A stretch of 64,000 nt of DNA from Tubulanus polymorphus (Eukaryota > Animalia > Nemertea), in NCBI RefSeq assembly GCF_964204645.1, contig NC_134029.1:6696001-6760000 (forward strand), given 5' to 3'. The position numbers and the translations under genes were made by a program. This document shows, in pieces, positions 13,293 to 26,035 of the stretch (the stretch's first letter is position 1; each line of letters begins with the position of its first letter). The notes under the pieces are model-generated. The model was not told where the DNA came from. It did no database searches and was given only the letters and a program-made list of their open reading frames with translations.

Positions 13293-13778
13293 AATGGAAT
13301 GACACACTTTTCATTCATGTCGCTGACCAATAGATTTGTTGCAGATCTTAGCGACTTAAATTGATCAGCAATGTTTTGACATTGGGCTAAAGTTTAGATG
13401 GACGTTATTTCAAATTGAAAAGATATACTATATAGTGCGGATATAATATCATATTGTGTGACAATAAAAGATATGCTTTAAATAGTTTCCCACATTTCTT
13501 GACGTGTTTTTCTCTTATTTCAATCATCATGTTTTTTGTACGAAGCCTAAACCCAATTGCGAAATAATTATGTATAACATACGGTTACAGGGTCGGATTT
13601 GATTTCTGGAGTAACGCTATTAAGCAGTCTTCCATAATTGTGACCTCGGGTAAATATGCGCTTTTGCAACGAAAGTTGGTTAAATATCCCCAGCGCCTAT
13701 AAAACGAGGTTGTCACAATAAGGTCGGCTCAATTTGAGGATTTCACTGTTCAACAGAACAGAAAACAGAAAAGGAAAA

Positions 13779-14872
13779 ATGGACGCCTACCTGGGTACAT
13801 GGGAGTATCATCATGAGCTCGCCGATGAAAATGAACAGAAATTCTTGGATGATCTAAGTACGTTTTCTAGCTTAGCCTTTATCGGCTTGTCATATTGAGC
13901 GTTGAATTGATGTTTCGATTTCGATATATTCTAGAAATGGATAAAGAAATGGTGAAGAAGTTATTAAAATCGAAACCGAAGGTTAAGGTTACGAAAGTTG
14001 GCGCGAATCTTCTTTTGAAGATGGAGACAGTCGGTGGTGAATTCGACAGCGAATACACGATCTACTTAGACGGGAAAGATTCTGTGGTGCAGTTACCAGA
14101 TGGCCGAAAGGCTACGGTAAATAAGAAAACGGTTATTGATCGATGGACTAAAATTTCAGCTTAATTATCGAAAATCAGTAAAAAGTAAATACGCTATAAA
14201 TGCTTACACAGATGCTGGTAGTCTTCACAATTGAATATCTATATTCTCAATTTTCCATAAAAAGAAAGTTTTACGAACCTGACAATTTACCATTCATTTC
14301 TTCTATAAACCTAAATATAATACATGAATCATTGCATTCCTAATTCGAATATGAAACATGGGGATCAAATTGGTAAAATATGATGTTTGTATGCATATTT
14401 CATGTTAACCCACTCAAATTACGCAGTGGAGAGTGGTATAGAAAAACATTCTATTCATTCATTTGTATCATCCTGCTTATCTAGGGGAAGTACTCGTTGA
14501 AAGACGGAGCTATGCGGGCGGAAAATTTGAAAGTCGAAAATGTACCCGGTATTTCTGTAAATGAAAGTATGGTTGTCAAAGATGGCTGGCTGATAGTGGT
14601 AAGAAGATATCAATATAACTCATATCAGGATTGTCGCCACTATGGCCTATAGACTCAAACAAATTAAAAAGACATTCATTTTAGCTGTCACCTAGATTTG
14701 ATTGGATGGGGGCTCTGCAATCACTTGATCATTGCCATATTCGATGAATTTCGTTTTCATGAAATTTTTTTTTTTCATTTTCAAGCACTGAATTTATATT
14801 CCTGTATGATTTCAGACAATGGTAATTCCCGAAGAAAAGTTGACAACAGTGGCGAATTACAAAAAGTTGTAA
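13779..14872 (+). CDS. FABP/iLBP-like protein, copy 3 (143 aa)
   Basis: Exons 13779-13857, 13935-14116, 14485-14598, 14816-14872. [26 protein letters not shown]...LPDGRKAT-GKYSLKDG...-TMVIPEEKLTTVANYKKL. Confidence 0.88.
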
Positions 14873-15092
14873 TCAGAAATCAGAAATCTGAAACATGAAA
14901 TACAATCAGCTTTAATAGAGCTTACTAACGAATTACATCCATTACATATGTAATTTTGATTGATTGAATAAATTCGTTGATTAGAATAATCAATAATATT
15001 GGTGTTAAGTCTTTTTTGTATGTCGCAAAAATGAATATTCTAAAACTGAACTTTGGAATTATTGGTCTGAACTCATTGCGCTTTATTTCTAG

Positions 15093-15149
15093 ACTACGAT
15101 TTTACCAACGGAGAATTTCACCACAGTTTCCTGGCATAAAAAGCTTTAG
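15093..15149 (+). pseudogene. Orphan duplicate of copy 2 exon 4
   Basis: An ag acceptor followed by TTILPTENFTTVSWHKKL*, nearly identical to 13236-13292. Exons 1-3 are absent; it lies at the start of the second unit of a tandem duplication. Confidence 0.8.
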
Positions 15150-15617
15150 AAAGGAATAAAACACTTTTCATTCATGTCGTTTACCAATACATTTGTTGCA
15201 GATCTTAATTGCGACTTAAATTGATCAGCAATGTTTTGACATTGGGCTAATTTTTAGATGGACCGTTATATCAAATTAGAAAATGTAGTGTGATATGATA
15301 TCATATCGTGTCAAAATAAAAGAGATGCTTTAAAAAGTTTCCAACATTCGCTGATGTGCTTTTTTTCGTATTATAATCATCATAAGTTTTTTGTACGTAG
15401 TCCAATTGCGAAATAATTATGCACAACATACGGTTAGTTGATTTCTGGGGTAAAGCTATTAAGCAAACTTCCATAATTGTGACCTCGGGAAATATGCACT
15501 TTTGCAAAGAAAGTTCGTCAAATATCCTCTGCACCTATAGAACGAGGTTGTCATAATAGAAGTCGGCTTAATTTGAGGGTTCCACCGGTAAACGGAAAGG
15601 AAAACAGAAAAGGAAAT

Positions 15618-16793
15618 ATGGAAGCACACCTGGGTACATGGGAGTATCATCATGAGCTCGCCGATGAAAATGAACAGAAATTATTGGATGGTCTAAGTAC
15701 GTTTTATAGCATAGGCTTTATCTCCTTGTCATATTGAGCGTTGAATTGATGTTTCAATTTCGATTTATTCTAGAAATTGATAAAGAAATGGTGAAGAAGT
15801 TTCTGAAATCGAAACCGAAGGTTAAGGTTACGAAAGTTGGCGCGAATATTCATTTGAAGATGGAGACAGTAGGTGGTGAATTCGACACTGAATACACGAT
15901 CTACTTAGACGGGAAAGATTCTGTGGTGCAGTTACCAGATGGCCGAAAAGCTACGGTAAATTAGAAAACGGTTATTGATCGATAGACTAAAATTTCAGCT
16001 GAATTACCGAAAATCAGTATAAAATAAATACGCTATAAATGCTTTCACAAATGCTGGTAGTCTTCTGGGGCCAGTTGCACAGTCGTGACTTAATTCCAAA
16101 AGTAGTCTTAAATCTTAAGACTGGTCTTAAGATGTTAGATTGGCTATAGAACTAAGTTGGTCTTAGACTGGTCTTAAGTCTAAGCGATGACTATGCAACC
16201 GGCCCCTGGTTTTACGAACTTTACCGTACATTTTTTCTTTAAACCTAAATATAAAACATAACTCGTTGCATTCTAAATTCAAATATAAAACATGGGGATG
16301 AAATTGGTAAATGGTATGATTGTATGTGAATTTTATGTCGACCGTTCTCAATTTTCAGTGAAGAGTGGTATAGAAATTAATTTTATCTATTCATTTTTAT
16401 CATTCTGTTTATCTAGGGAAAGTATTTGTTGAAAGATGGAGTCATACGGGCGGATAATATGAAAATCGAAAGTGTACCCGGTATTTCTGTAAATGAAAGT
16501 ATTGCTGTGAAAGATGGCTGGCTTAAAGTGGTAAAACGATATTCATATAACTCATATCAGGATTGTCACCACTATGGCCTATATACTCAAACAATTTATA
16601 AGACATTCATTTTAGTTTAGTTGTCACCTAGATAGGTTAAATTGGATGGGGGCTCAATCACTTGATCATTGCCATATTCGATGAATTTTTTTTTTTCATT
16701 TTCAAGCACTGAATTTATATTGCTGTATTATTTCAGACAATGGTTATTCCCGAAGAAAATTTGACGACAGTGGTGAATTACAAAAAGTTGTAA
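15618..16793 (+). CDS. FABP/iLBP-like protein, copy 4 (143 aa), recent duplicate of copy 3
   Basis: Exons 15618-15696, 15774-15955, 16417-16530, 16737-16793. MEAHLGTWEYHHELADENEQKLLDGL...-TMVIPEENLTTVVNYKKL. Introns and flanks are still alignable to copy 3. Confidence 0.86.
16068..16205. mobile_element. MITE, PIF/Harbinger (Tourist)-like, in intron 2 of FABP-like copy 4
   Basis: TIRs gggccagttgcacagtc / gactatgcaaccggccc, 3-bp CTG TSD. Absent from the paralogous intron of copy 3. Confidence 0.8.
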
Positions 16794-18160
16794 TCAGAAG
16801 TCCGAAACACCAAATACAACCAGCTTTGATAGAACTTACTAACGAATTATACTCAGTACACATGTAATTTAAATTGATTAAATGAATTCGTTGATTAGAA
16901 TAATCAATAATTTGTGTTGAGTCTTTTTTTGTAAGTCGCAAAAATGAATATTCTAAAACTGAACTTTTCTGTCCTGAATCTAATTCGCTATCTTTAAATG
17001 TAAGCAACATTCATGAATTGAAAAAAATTAACAGCATTATGCAATGCGTTTAAAAAACCCTGTTCACCAGAAAATGGTTTACCAGACCCAACGCATACGA
17101 AGCAGGGAAACAAGTCAACACTGAAACACGGAATCAAAACGTTGGATCTCGGAAACATTGCTCCCGAAACCATGTTTCGCATTTCTCGTAAACGAATGAC
17201 ACAAAGAGGAGTCACGGAATCACTCTCCTGTTTCCGTGTTCCCCTATGTCGCGTGCGTTCCGGGCTTAACTCCGGTTGAAGCCTGACGTGGGGTAGGGTT
17301 GTTAAGGTAGCTTTTCACAAAGATTCATTGATACATGACAAACAATTAGGGTAAATTTCAGTGTAATATAATCAAATTATTTCTACCTGCGCAAAAACTG
17401 ACCACGAGGTGATTAATTTGCAGATTCGGATGCAATAGATTTATAGTGTATGAGGTGATTCTCTTTGAAAACACTCGTGGTCAGTTTTTACACTGGCAGC
17501 AATTTGATTGTGTTTATTCACGCTCTCTTTGTTTGTTCCTAGTTGTTTGTGGGTGGCTGCCCAAAATCTCAATCAAAATTAGCGTCTACAGTTTCACTGA
17601 CTGGAGTCATGGACATTTCCTGGGGGTCTGAATTTTTAAACATCCTGTATATAGGACAGCCTCGTTAATACTTGCATAATTTGATCCGGGGTATTTGTCA
17701 AAGTCGGTAACTCTTTGGTCTAATTGAGGCCAACAATATACGATTCGCTATTAAATCAACTGTTAACATCGGCGAGGTCATGGTAGTTGAACTGATTTTT
17801 AACTCTAGACTAGATCTCTACCATAGTTCACAGGCTGAAGTCAGGGGAAACCATCACATCTTTGAACCGATAGTGCAATGTTGTTGACAATGCAGACGAT
17901 GGATCTTCGAAACCGAAGTAAAAAAAGAAACGCTACCAGAATTTTTTCTGATGTATGTTTTGTTTCAATGTCAGTGTATTCGTGGTCTATTTAGGTTGCA
18001 ATTGTCTGTAATTTGCACTAGACTATTATACAAGTGCAATTTTTATCATTATCGGTAAAAATTTGCCAATTATGACGCTTATTATTATTGGGCCAAGTGT
18101 ATTTATGCGGAAGGCGCTTTGAGAGAAAGTCATTTGCTGAGCAAATCGCAACCGGTCAAA

Positions 18161-18867
18161 ATGGAAGCATTCATCGGAACCTGGGAATATCACCACGAAC
18201 TGGCTGATGAAAATGAATACAAATTCTTGGATGAAATAAGTAAGTTTCCGAGAGAAAGATAGCAATAAACGAGATGACATGCAATATTCTGTAACGTTCA
18301 TTGGCGATATCATAAACCACTTTATTAGAAATGGACAAGAAAATCGTCGAAACGCTGATCGCATCAAAACCACAAGTAGTCATCAAAAAGGCTGGTGCTA
18401 ATCTCCATTGTCGCATGTTTTCCAAAGACGGTAAATTCGACGAAGAAATGACAATAAAACTCGACGGAACCAAATCAGATATTATTCTGCCCGATAGCCG
18501 CAAAGCTAAGGTAAACCAGTTTTGATATTTGCTTGTTTTTTGCCTCAGCTATTGCAACATAATTAAAAAGTTTCGTTTTTCTTGTCGTTTTTAGGGAACA
18601 TTTGTTCTAAAAAAGGGCGAATTGGCTTGTGAAGACATGGAACTGCTTGATCTTCCAGGAGTTATAGTTTCAGAAATACTCTCCGTTAAAGATGACGTCA
18701 TGAAAGATGTAAGTATTAGAAATGCCAAATGAAGTGAAACGTTATTCTTTTCTCAATGCGATCGCATACGTTCATTCACGATTATATAACACATTCATCC
18801 TGCTTTTCAGACGCTGGCTGTCGCTGCAAAGAACCTGAAAACCGTTATGACCTATAAGAAAATCTAA
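18161..18867 (+). CDS. FABP/iLBP-like protein, copy 5 (143 aa)
   Basis: Exons 18161-18239, 18329-18510, 18595-18708, 18811-18867. MEAFIGTWEYHHELADENEYKFLDEI...LPDSRKAK-GTFVLKKGELACE...-TLAVAAKNLKTVMTYKKI. Confidence 0.87.
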
Positions 18868-20073
18868 CATTCATCACTCGAATTTGACACTCGAGAGAGT
18901 AAATATTTTCCCGGCAATCGGTTTACCATCCGAAATTAGGTTGTATTATTGGTGAAGCAATATTGATAGTAATAAAGATAATCGATGATTATTTGATGAA
19001 TTGAAACTTTGTATATATTCATTTCCTTTTGAAATGGTTAATGATCTGGTGGAGTTTATTGTGTATAAGATGGAGGGGCACGGGAGAAAGGTTAGTGATG
19101 GAATCGTTTTAGTGTCCATAGGCGTTTTAAAGAGCATCCGATTTTTGCGATCGATTTCACGATTTGCGGTTTTTACGAACACGCTTGGTGATTTAATTTC
19201 CAAGATGGCGGCGCCTTGATTAAGATACAATCTTTTATCTCCGTAGCACCATGTTTTTGTCATGTGATCAAGCTAAATAAGTGTTTACGCCTAAGAAATG
19301 TGAATATCGTACACGAAAACGATCGCAAAAATTGAGTGATATCTCGAAATTTGGAGTAATCATTGAACTCGAACGCAAGAACGTGTAGCTCGAAGATATT
19401 TTTCTTGCGTTGAGTCTTTACTGCGAGATTGTTTTCATCGATTACGAACTGTATGATCGGAATAAATTTTTGTTTGTATTTTTCTTAATTTCAAAAATTA
19501 TATGAATACGTTTCTAATAATGAAAACTTCCTAAAACTGATATCTGCTATGAAGCAAGTAGTAATTACGGCTACCAGAAAAAGGTTCGTTTGCGAAGTTC
19601 GAACATTGGGCAGTAATGTGTGATCTAAACTTGGAGGTCAAATTTAGATCACGTCTTTCTTTACATAACCCGCAGCAAGTAATCCAGGCTATGGGAGCTT
19701 TTCGCTGACTCTTTCGTACACACTGCGTTCTGTAGCACTTCAAAAATGGTTACATGCAAACCGTTACGAAACATTTTTTCAACATCATGAATTTGGAATT
19801 TCGCGTAAACGTGCTTGCGAACATGAAAAACAAAACTGATCAAATCATGAATCATCACATTCTAGGCCGTGCAATCGCCCTCATGTCTCGCTGTCTAGCG
19901 ATTACGTCTTATGTCTGATATGTACAAGGTCAAGGTCACATTGGTAGATTTCAGCCGATAATTTTTTTCTAAGCACCCGACGAATACATGTGAATAATTC
20001 ATATTATAAATATTTAAATTCGACACGTCACCTGTAGCGCGATCACTTGTAGAATAATCGTCGAACTGTAGAG

Positions 20074-21154
20074 ATGGACACTTTCGTTGGGACCTGGGAC
20101 TACCACCATGAACTTTCAGATGAAAACGAAAAAAAATTCATGAAAGATTTGAGTAAGTATCACCCAGTGGCTGTGGCGTAAACTCGTGAAATCGTTAGTA
20201 TAGAATTTATCAATTTACTTTCTCTTACTTTATAGAATTTGACGACAAATTAACCGATAAACTGATCGACTCGAAAACGCAAGTGGTGATAACGAAGGTC
20301 GGTGAAAATTTAAAATGTCGAACGATTTCGATGGATGGCGAATTCGACCAAGAAGATATCATCTATTTTGATGGGAATGACTCATCTATGCGGCTGCCTG
20401 ATGGCCGCGAAATAACGGTAACTATAATAGTAATTCGCCATGTCACAAATTTCTTACTTCATATCAGAAAAGTAAGGCGAGCGTAGAATAGCTACACCCA
20501 GAAAAGGATAATAGATTATATGATAAAAGTCCACGGTGCAAAAATACAAGGCTTATGTTATTTCCAGTAACGGAAAGGAATTTTATTTTTGAAAATTTTC
20601 AAAATTTAGACGTTGTAATTGTTTGTGGAAATAAATTGCTATTGATATATCATTGTTATTACCGTGAAAATTCAAAACGTCGTGTACTCTGTGTTTAATT
20701 TCTTTTTTTGAAGAATAGATTTTTCTTTTAGATTTGTACATAGTGGGTTTTTATGATATATTTTTTCAAATGGATCGCTCATTATCGTTTCTTTATTCAT
20801 TGGTCTCTAGGGTACGTACGCCTTTAAAGATGGAAAAATGTTCGCCGAAAACCTCAAAATAAAGGATCTTCCGAACGTTATTGTCAAACATTCAGTCGTT
20901 GTGAAAGATGGCTGGATGAAAGAAGTAAGTTAATTGGTGGATCCTAAAGTTCCAGAGATCAAGTTGAGTGGCCACTTGATTCTCCTCCCTAAACTATCAG
21001 ACATTAAAAGCTTCAAAACTATCGACGCCATGTACTACCATCTTTTCATCCGAAATCTGAAATCTACTGAACCTGTAGATAAAATCTCTTTTTGTAGACT
21101 TACGAGATTCCTGCTGAGAACTTGACCACAGTAACAAACTACAAGAAGGCTTAA
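20074..21154 (+). CDS. FABP/iLBP-like protein, copy 6 (143 aa)
   Basis: Exons 20074-20152, 20236-20417, 20811-20924, 21098-21154. MDTFVGTWDYHHELSDENEKKFMKDL...LPDGREIT-GTYAFKDG...-TYEIPAENLTTVTNYKKA. Confidence 0.87.
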
Positions 21155-22405
21155 ATAAAAAGTTGCGATTATGACTATCAATTAAGCATGTATATTTTCC
21201 GTCATTTTATTTCCAGAATAAAACGATATATGCAATAAAAATTATCATTTGTGTATTTCGAATGTAATTTCACGATGGGTCGACTGAGACTGTATAATTT
21301 GCCATTCATTTTATAAAAGTGACGCAGATTGTTGAGATTTACGCGTTCTGTCTGTGCTCAAATTTGTATTCATTTTTTCGTCGAAATAATCTCGGATAAA
21401 ATGAATGGTGTCGTCTGCTCTGCTTGTAAGTAGATCTACATATATATCAAAACGAACAATACGAACAGATGAAACATTCACGACAACTGAAACGTGGTAT
21501 TCATTTTCATATACATCCTGGTTGTTGATTTATTCATTAATTAATTCATTTTATCTACAGTACCGGTTGATATCAAAAAGTACAATTTTATGTTACAACA
21601 TATACAACATACACAAATGCATGGCGGACACAAAATATGAGGATGGTTTTAGGAAATTATATGTTATATACTCGTGTATTCACATCACTGTAGAAGTTAA
21701 ACTAGAGTTCAAATAATTCAAAATAGACTAATTTATTCAAACTTAACCGCCAACTTTGAGATTTGTGAGCGCACTGATGATGAGTCCTTTCCCCCCTGTG
21801 GCTATTTAAAATCTTGATATTTTTCGCATGTGAAAAATGAGCATCTTCGCAGAAAAATGTTCCTCCAAATTCAGATTCAGATTTAATTAGCTCCATATAA
21901 ATATCCATACATTTGAGCTCAGATAACAACATTTGTTACATCATTTTCTATTCACGTAATTCTAAAAAGAGTACGTCTTATAATATGATAGTTGTTTTAC
22001 ACTGCATTTACATACACGGGCACTATGACCATTTGGAACAACTTATCGCCTGAGCTACAGTACTGAAGAAGGAACTGGTTGAAACAAATGGTTGTTCCAT
22101 CTGTTTAAGATATGTTTTTTAACCTGAATGTTTTCTTTCGGGCGAATAGCTTACCTATCGAATCGATCGAATTCCAACGGCAAAAAAATATATAGAAAGA
22201 TGAGCGGTGAGACATGTAGATAAACCCGTGTAGAATATTTTCTAATTTAGTAGGATGTTTCCTCGAGAAACCCGAGATAATTCCGGTAGCGCATGTTTAG
22301 CGTAAGATATTTATTGTATTGTGCAAGTGTTTATCGTGTGTGAGGTATTTGACTACTGCTTAAGACTAGCGAACTTAGTCTGTTACAAACTAGACGGTTA
22401 CGAAG

Positions 22406-23645
22406 ATGGTCGAGAAGTTTATCGGTACCTGGTTATACAACCATGAGCTGGCGGACAACAACGAGGAAGTTTTCCTCCAGAATTTAGGTAAGTACGTGAG
22501 TTATTGCATCGCTGTGAGTTAAAGATGCTTATGATAAAGATATATAGATTAAGTGTTCCAACCAGTAAACTGTCAAATTTGGATTTTCGACTTTATATAT
22601 CAGTTTCGGTTTATATACATCAAAGTTGGGTTTGATTTGTGACCTAGTCAGTAAAAACCAAGTATCAATTATACGCATTTTAAGTATGCATTTGATTTTG
22701 AATAGATATGTCGGGAGACCTCCGACAGAAACTGATCGAATCCAAGCCGCGGATAATTTTCTCCGTTTCTGGCGATTACTTCACTTCTCGTATGGAAACT
22801 GGCGACGGCCAGATTCTCAATGAAAATAAATTCAAACTAGGTCAAGAATGTGACATCACTTTGCCAGGTGGGAGGAAGGCGAAGGTATAGCAAAAACGCT
22901 TTCAAAGTTTTTTTAATAACTACATCGACAATTGGCTAACAATAGATGATTTAACCGATCCAACATGCATGGATTAGATCCCCAGCGGCGGATAGGGAAA
23001 TTAGAAGGCTGGGGTCCAGAAGAAAAGGAAAGCCATTTCTCGGATAAAAACAGCCAAGTCTAAGGCCTCTGTTAGGGTTCCGCGTAGTTGAGCCCTTGGT
23101 TTTAGATATTTTTGAAGAAAAACGTCCGAAAAGTTGCACTTTCCGAGAGGATGAATGTCAATAAATGTCGATTGGCGAAAAGGGCCACCTCAATGGGAAG
23201 GCAGGGGTCTGGACCCCCGAGACCAGCCCCTAAATCCGCCCCTGATCGCTAAATTTAGTAGAATATTTTATGTAGGTATCGGTAGCAATTTATTCTGTAA
23301 CGACATAATCTAAAATTGTAAAACGCTTGAAATAGGAATGAAGTCCTTGCAAGGAGAAATGTATCTGGCATATTCTAATGAAATGTTCCAGGGTATGTAC
23401 AGTATTACGGATGGTAAGCTATGTGCAGAATTGAAGGCTGAAGATCTGAATGTTACGACAAAATATTCGTCGGAAGTCAACGGTGACAAAATGACTACTG
23501 TACGTCGAATGTATCATCTGCGTGTGGTATTGGTATAGTCAATATTGAATGTCGTAGAACTCATATCGTTAAAATTTGATTTCAGAAATTTGAAATACCG
23601 GAAACTGGTATGACCACTATTTACAACTACACAAAAATGCAATAA
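22406..23645 (+). CDS. FABP/iLBP-like protein, copy 7 (142 aa)
   Basis: Exons 22406-22487, 22706-22884, 23392-23499, 23586-23645. MVEKFIGTWLYNHELADNNEEVFLQNL...FKLGQECDITLPGGRKAK-GMYSITDGKLCAE...-KFEIPETGMTTIYNYTKMQ. FKLGQE resembles the canonical FABP FKLGEEF segment. Confidence 0.88.
22983..23244. mobile_element. MITE of the CAGGGGCGGATC-TIR family in intron 2 of FABP-like copy 7
   Basis: cagcggcggat...atccgcccctg; imperfect atccc/atcgc flanks. Confidence 0.62.
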
Positions 23646-23910
23646 AAGAAACGTATGAAGGGCATTGGAAAATGAGAGCATATAACAGCTATAATACATA
23701 TCTGTAATTGTAACTAGAAATATATACGTATAATTAGTCCAAAAGCTGCTTTTATGAATACATAAACATGATTCTGTGTATACCCTATTTGTGGTTTTTC
23801 AATGAAATGCGGATTTTCCTGGATTTTCTATGCTGGTAAATGCATGCCACCGAACATTCGTATGTAACGGCGGTCGTAGCATATCTGTCTTTTTTGCGAT
23901 CGCGAATAAG

Positions 23911-24887
<977 letters not shown>

Positions 24888-25969
24888 AGAAGTCTCCGAT
24901 ACGAACGCGCGAACGCCTGTCGGTTTTTCGCGCATTATCACAATTTTGAATTAAAACTGCAGGCAAACTTTGTAAAGGTATATCTGTATATATGATTAAA
25001 AAAGACATATGAAATATATATATCATGTGGATCTTTGAGGCGTTGATTCTTTTTTAGTCCAGTGAATAATCAAAGTCTTTTATTTTCGCAAAGTAATGAA
25101 GTAGTTAGTCTAAGCAGTACGCGCTGACCCGTGTGATGATAGATTATGCGAGATCTGGATCCGGGGAGTGAACCGTTACACCTGTGTCAATGAAGCAGAC
25201 GCTTGGACAATCTTTCGCGGTACTTTTAACCTGTCGTTGCTTAGGTTACCGAAACAAGATGGATCGGAAATCGCTTATTAGAGTCAACATAGCACTTGTA
25301 TTAACCGAGATGCTTATATTCGGTATGACCGATCGGCCCGAGAGTGTATCAATAGACAGCAGGTGCCGAACTATCTCACAAAAATGACCAGGCGACAACA
25401 CTAAACAATGCTTAATCAGAATACGATGCAGATCTTCATTTCCTCAGGCAGAACGGAAAACATTGTCAACATTGATTCATGATAAGGAAAATGATCCAGA
25501 GCGAAATCGGCAAATGTAGAAATAGAATGAGCAATTTTTACGTTTAGAAATTATGACAAATTTGATAAAATTGTTCCATTTGCTTTGGTGAACAAACGCC
25601 TGGATTGACGTTCCACTGATGGTAAACTAGTCGTTCTGTCTTGGGCCCAACGCCCGTTTACGTATTCGATAATTGGGCTTTTCATCTTCGGATCCGTGTT
25701 CATTTTGAGACTTGGTTATTGGGCCAGACAGTCCCCGGGTATCGAATGGTCCTCGGGATGACATCACCACTGCTACTTTGACGAAGAAAAAGAGCCGACG
25801 TGATCGGGAGAAATAATAGAAAATATGGACAAAGTCGAGCATATTTCCATACGGGTAATTGACCTCCAAGGGTTTATAGTAATGTTTCTTTCGTGGGTTT
25901 CGTGTCTGCGATGCTAATGGGTAAGTGAATCCATCCACGAAGATATTAGAATTGCACATATATTTACAC

Positions 25970-26035
25970 CGTCACTCGTGAGAACAAGTCCTAACGAACG
26001 TTGAATTTCGTTAGGACCTGTTCTCACGTGTGACG
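25970..26035. repeat. 66-bp hairpin-forming inverted repeat
   Basis: cgtcactcgtgagaacaagtcctaacgaa / ttcgttaggacctgttctcacgtgtgacg, with 2 mismatches and an 8-nt loop. Confidence 0.75.

Larger units (their letters stand above)
13222..16990 (+). repeat. Tandem segmental duplication, two ~1.9 kb units (~13222-15080 and ~15081-16990)
   Basis: Exon 4 and 3'UTR of copy 2, the intergenic region, a complete gene and its 3' flank all recur colinearly. For example, aaaaatgaatattctaaaactgaacttt occurs near the end of both units. Boundaries are approximate. Confidence 0.88.

Noticed and set aside
19201-19215. YY1-like AAGATGGCGGC motif suggesting another gene start
   Set aside because: No supporting ORF or exon chain follows.
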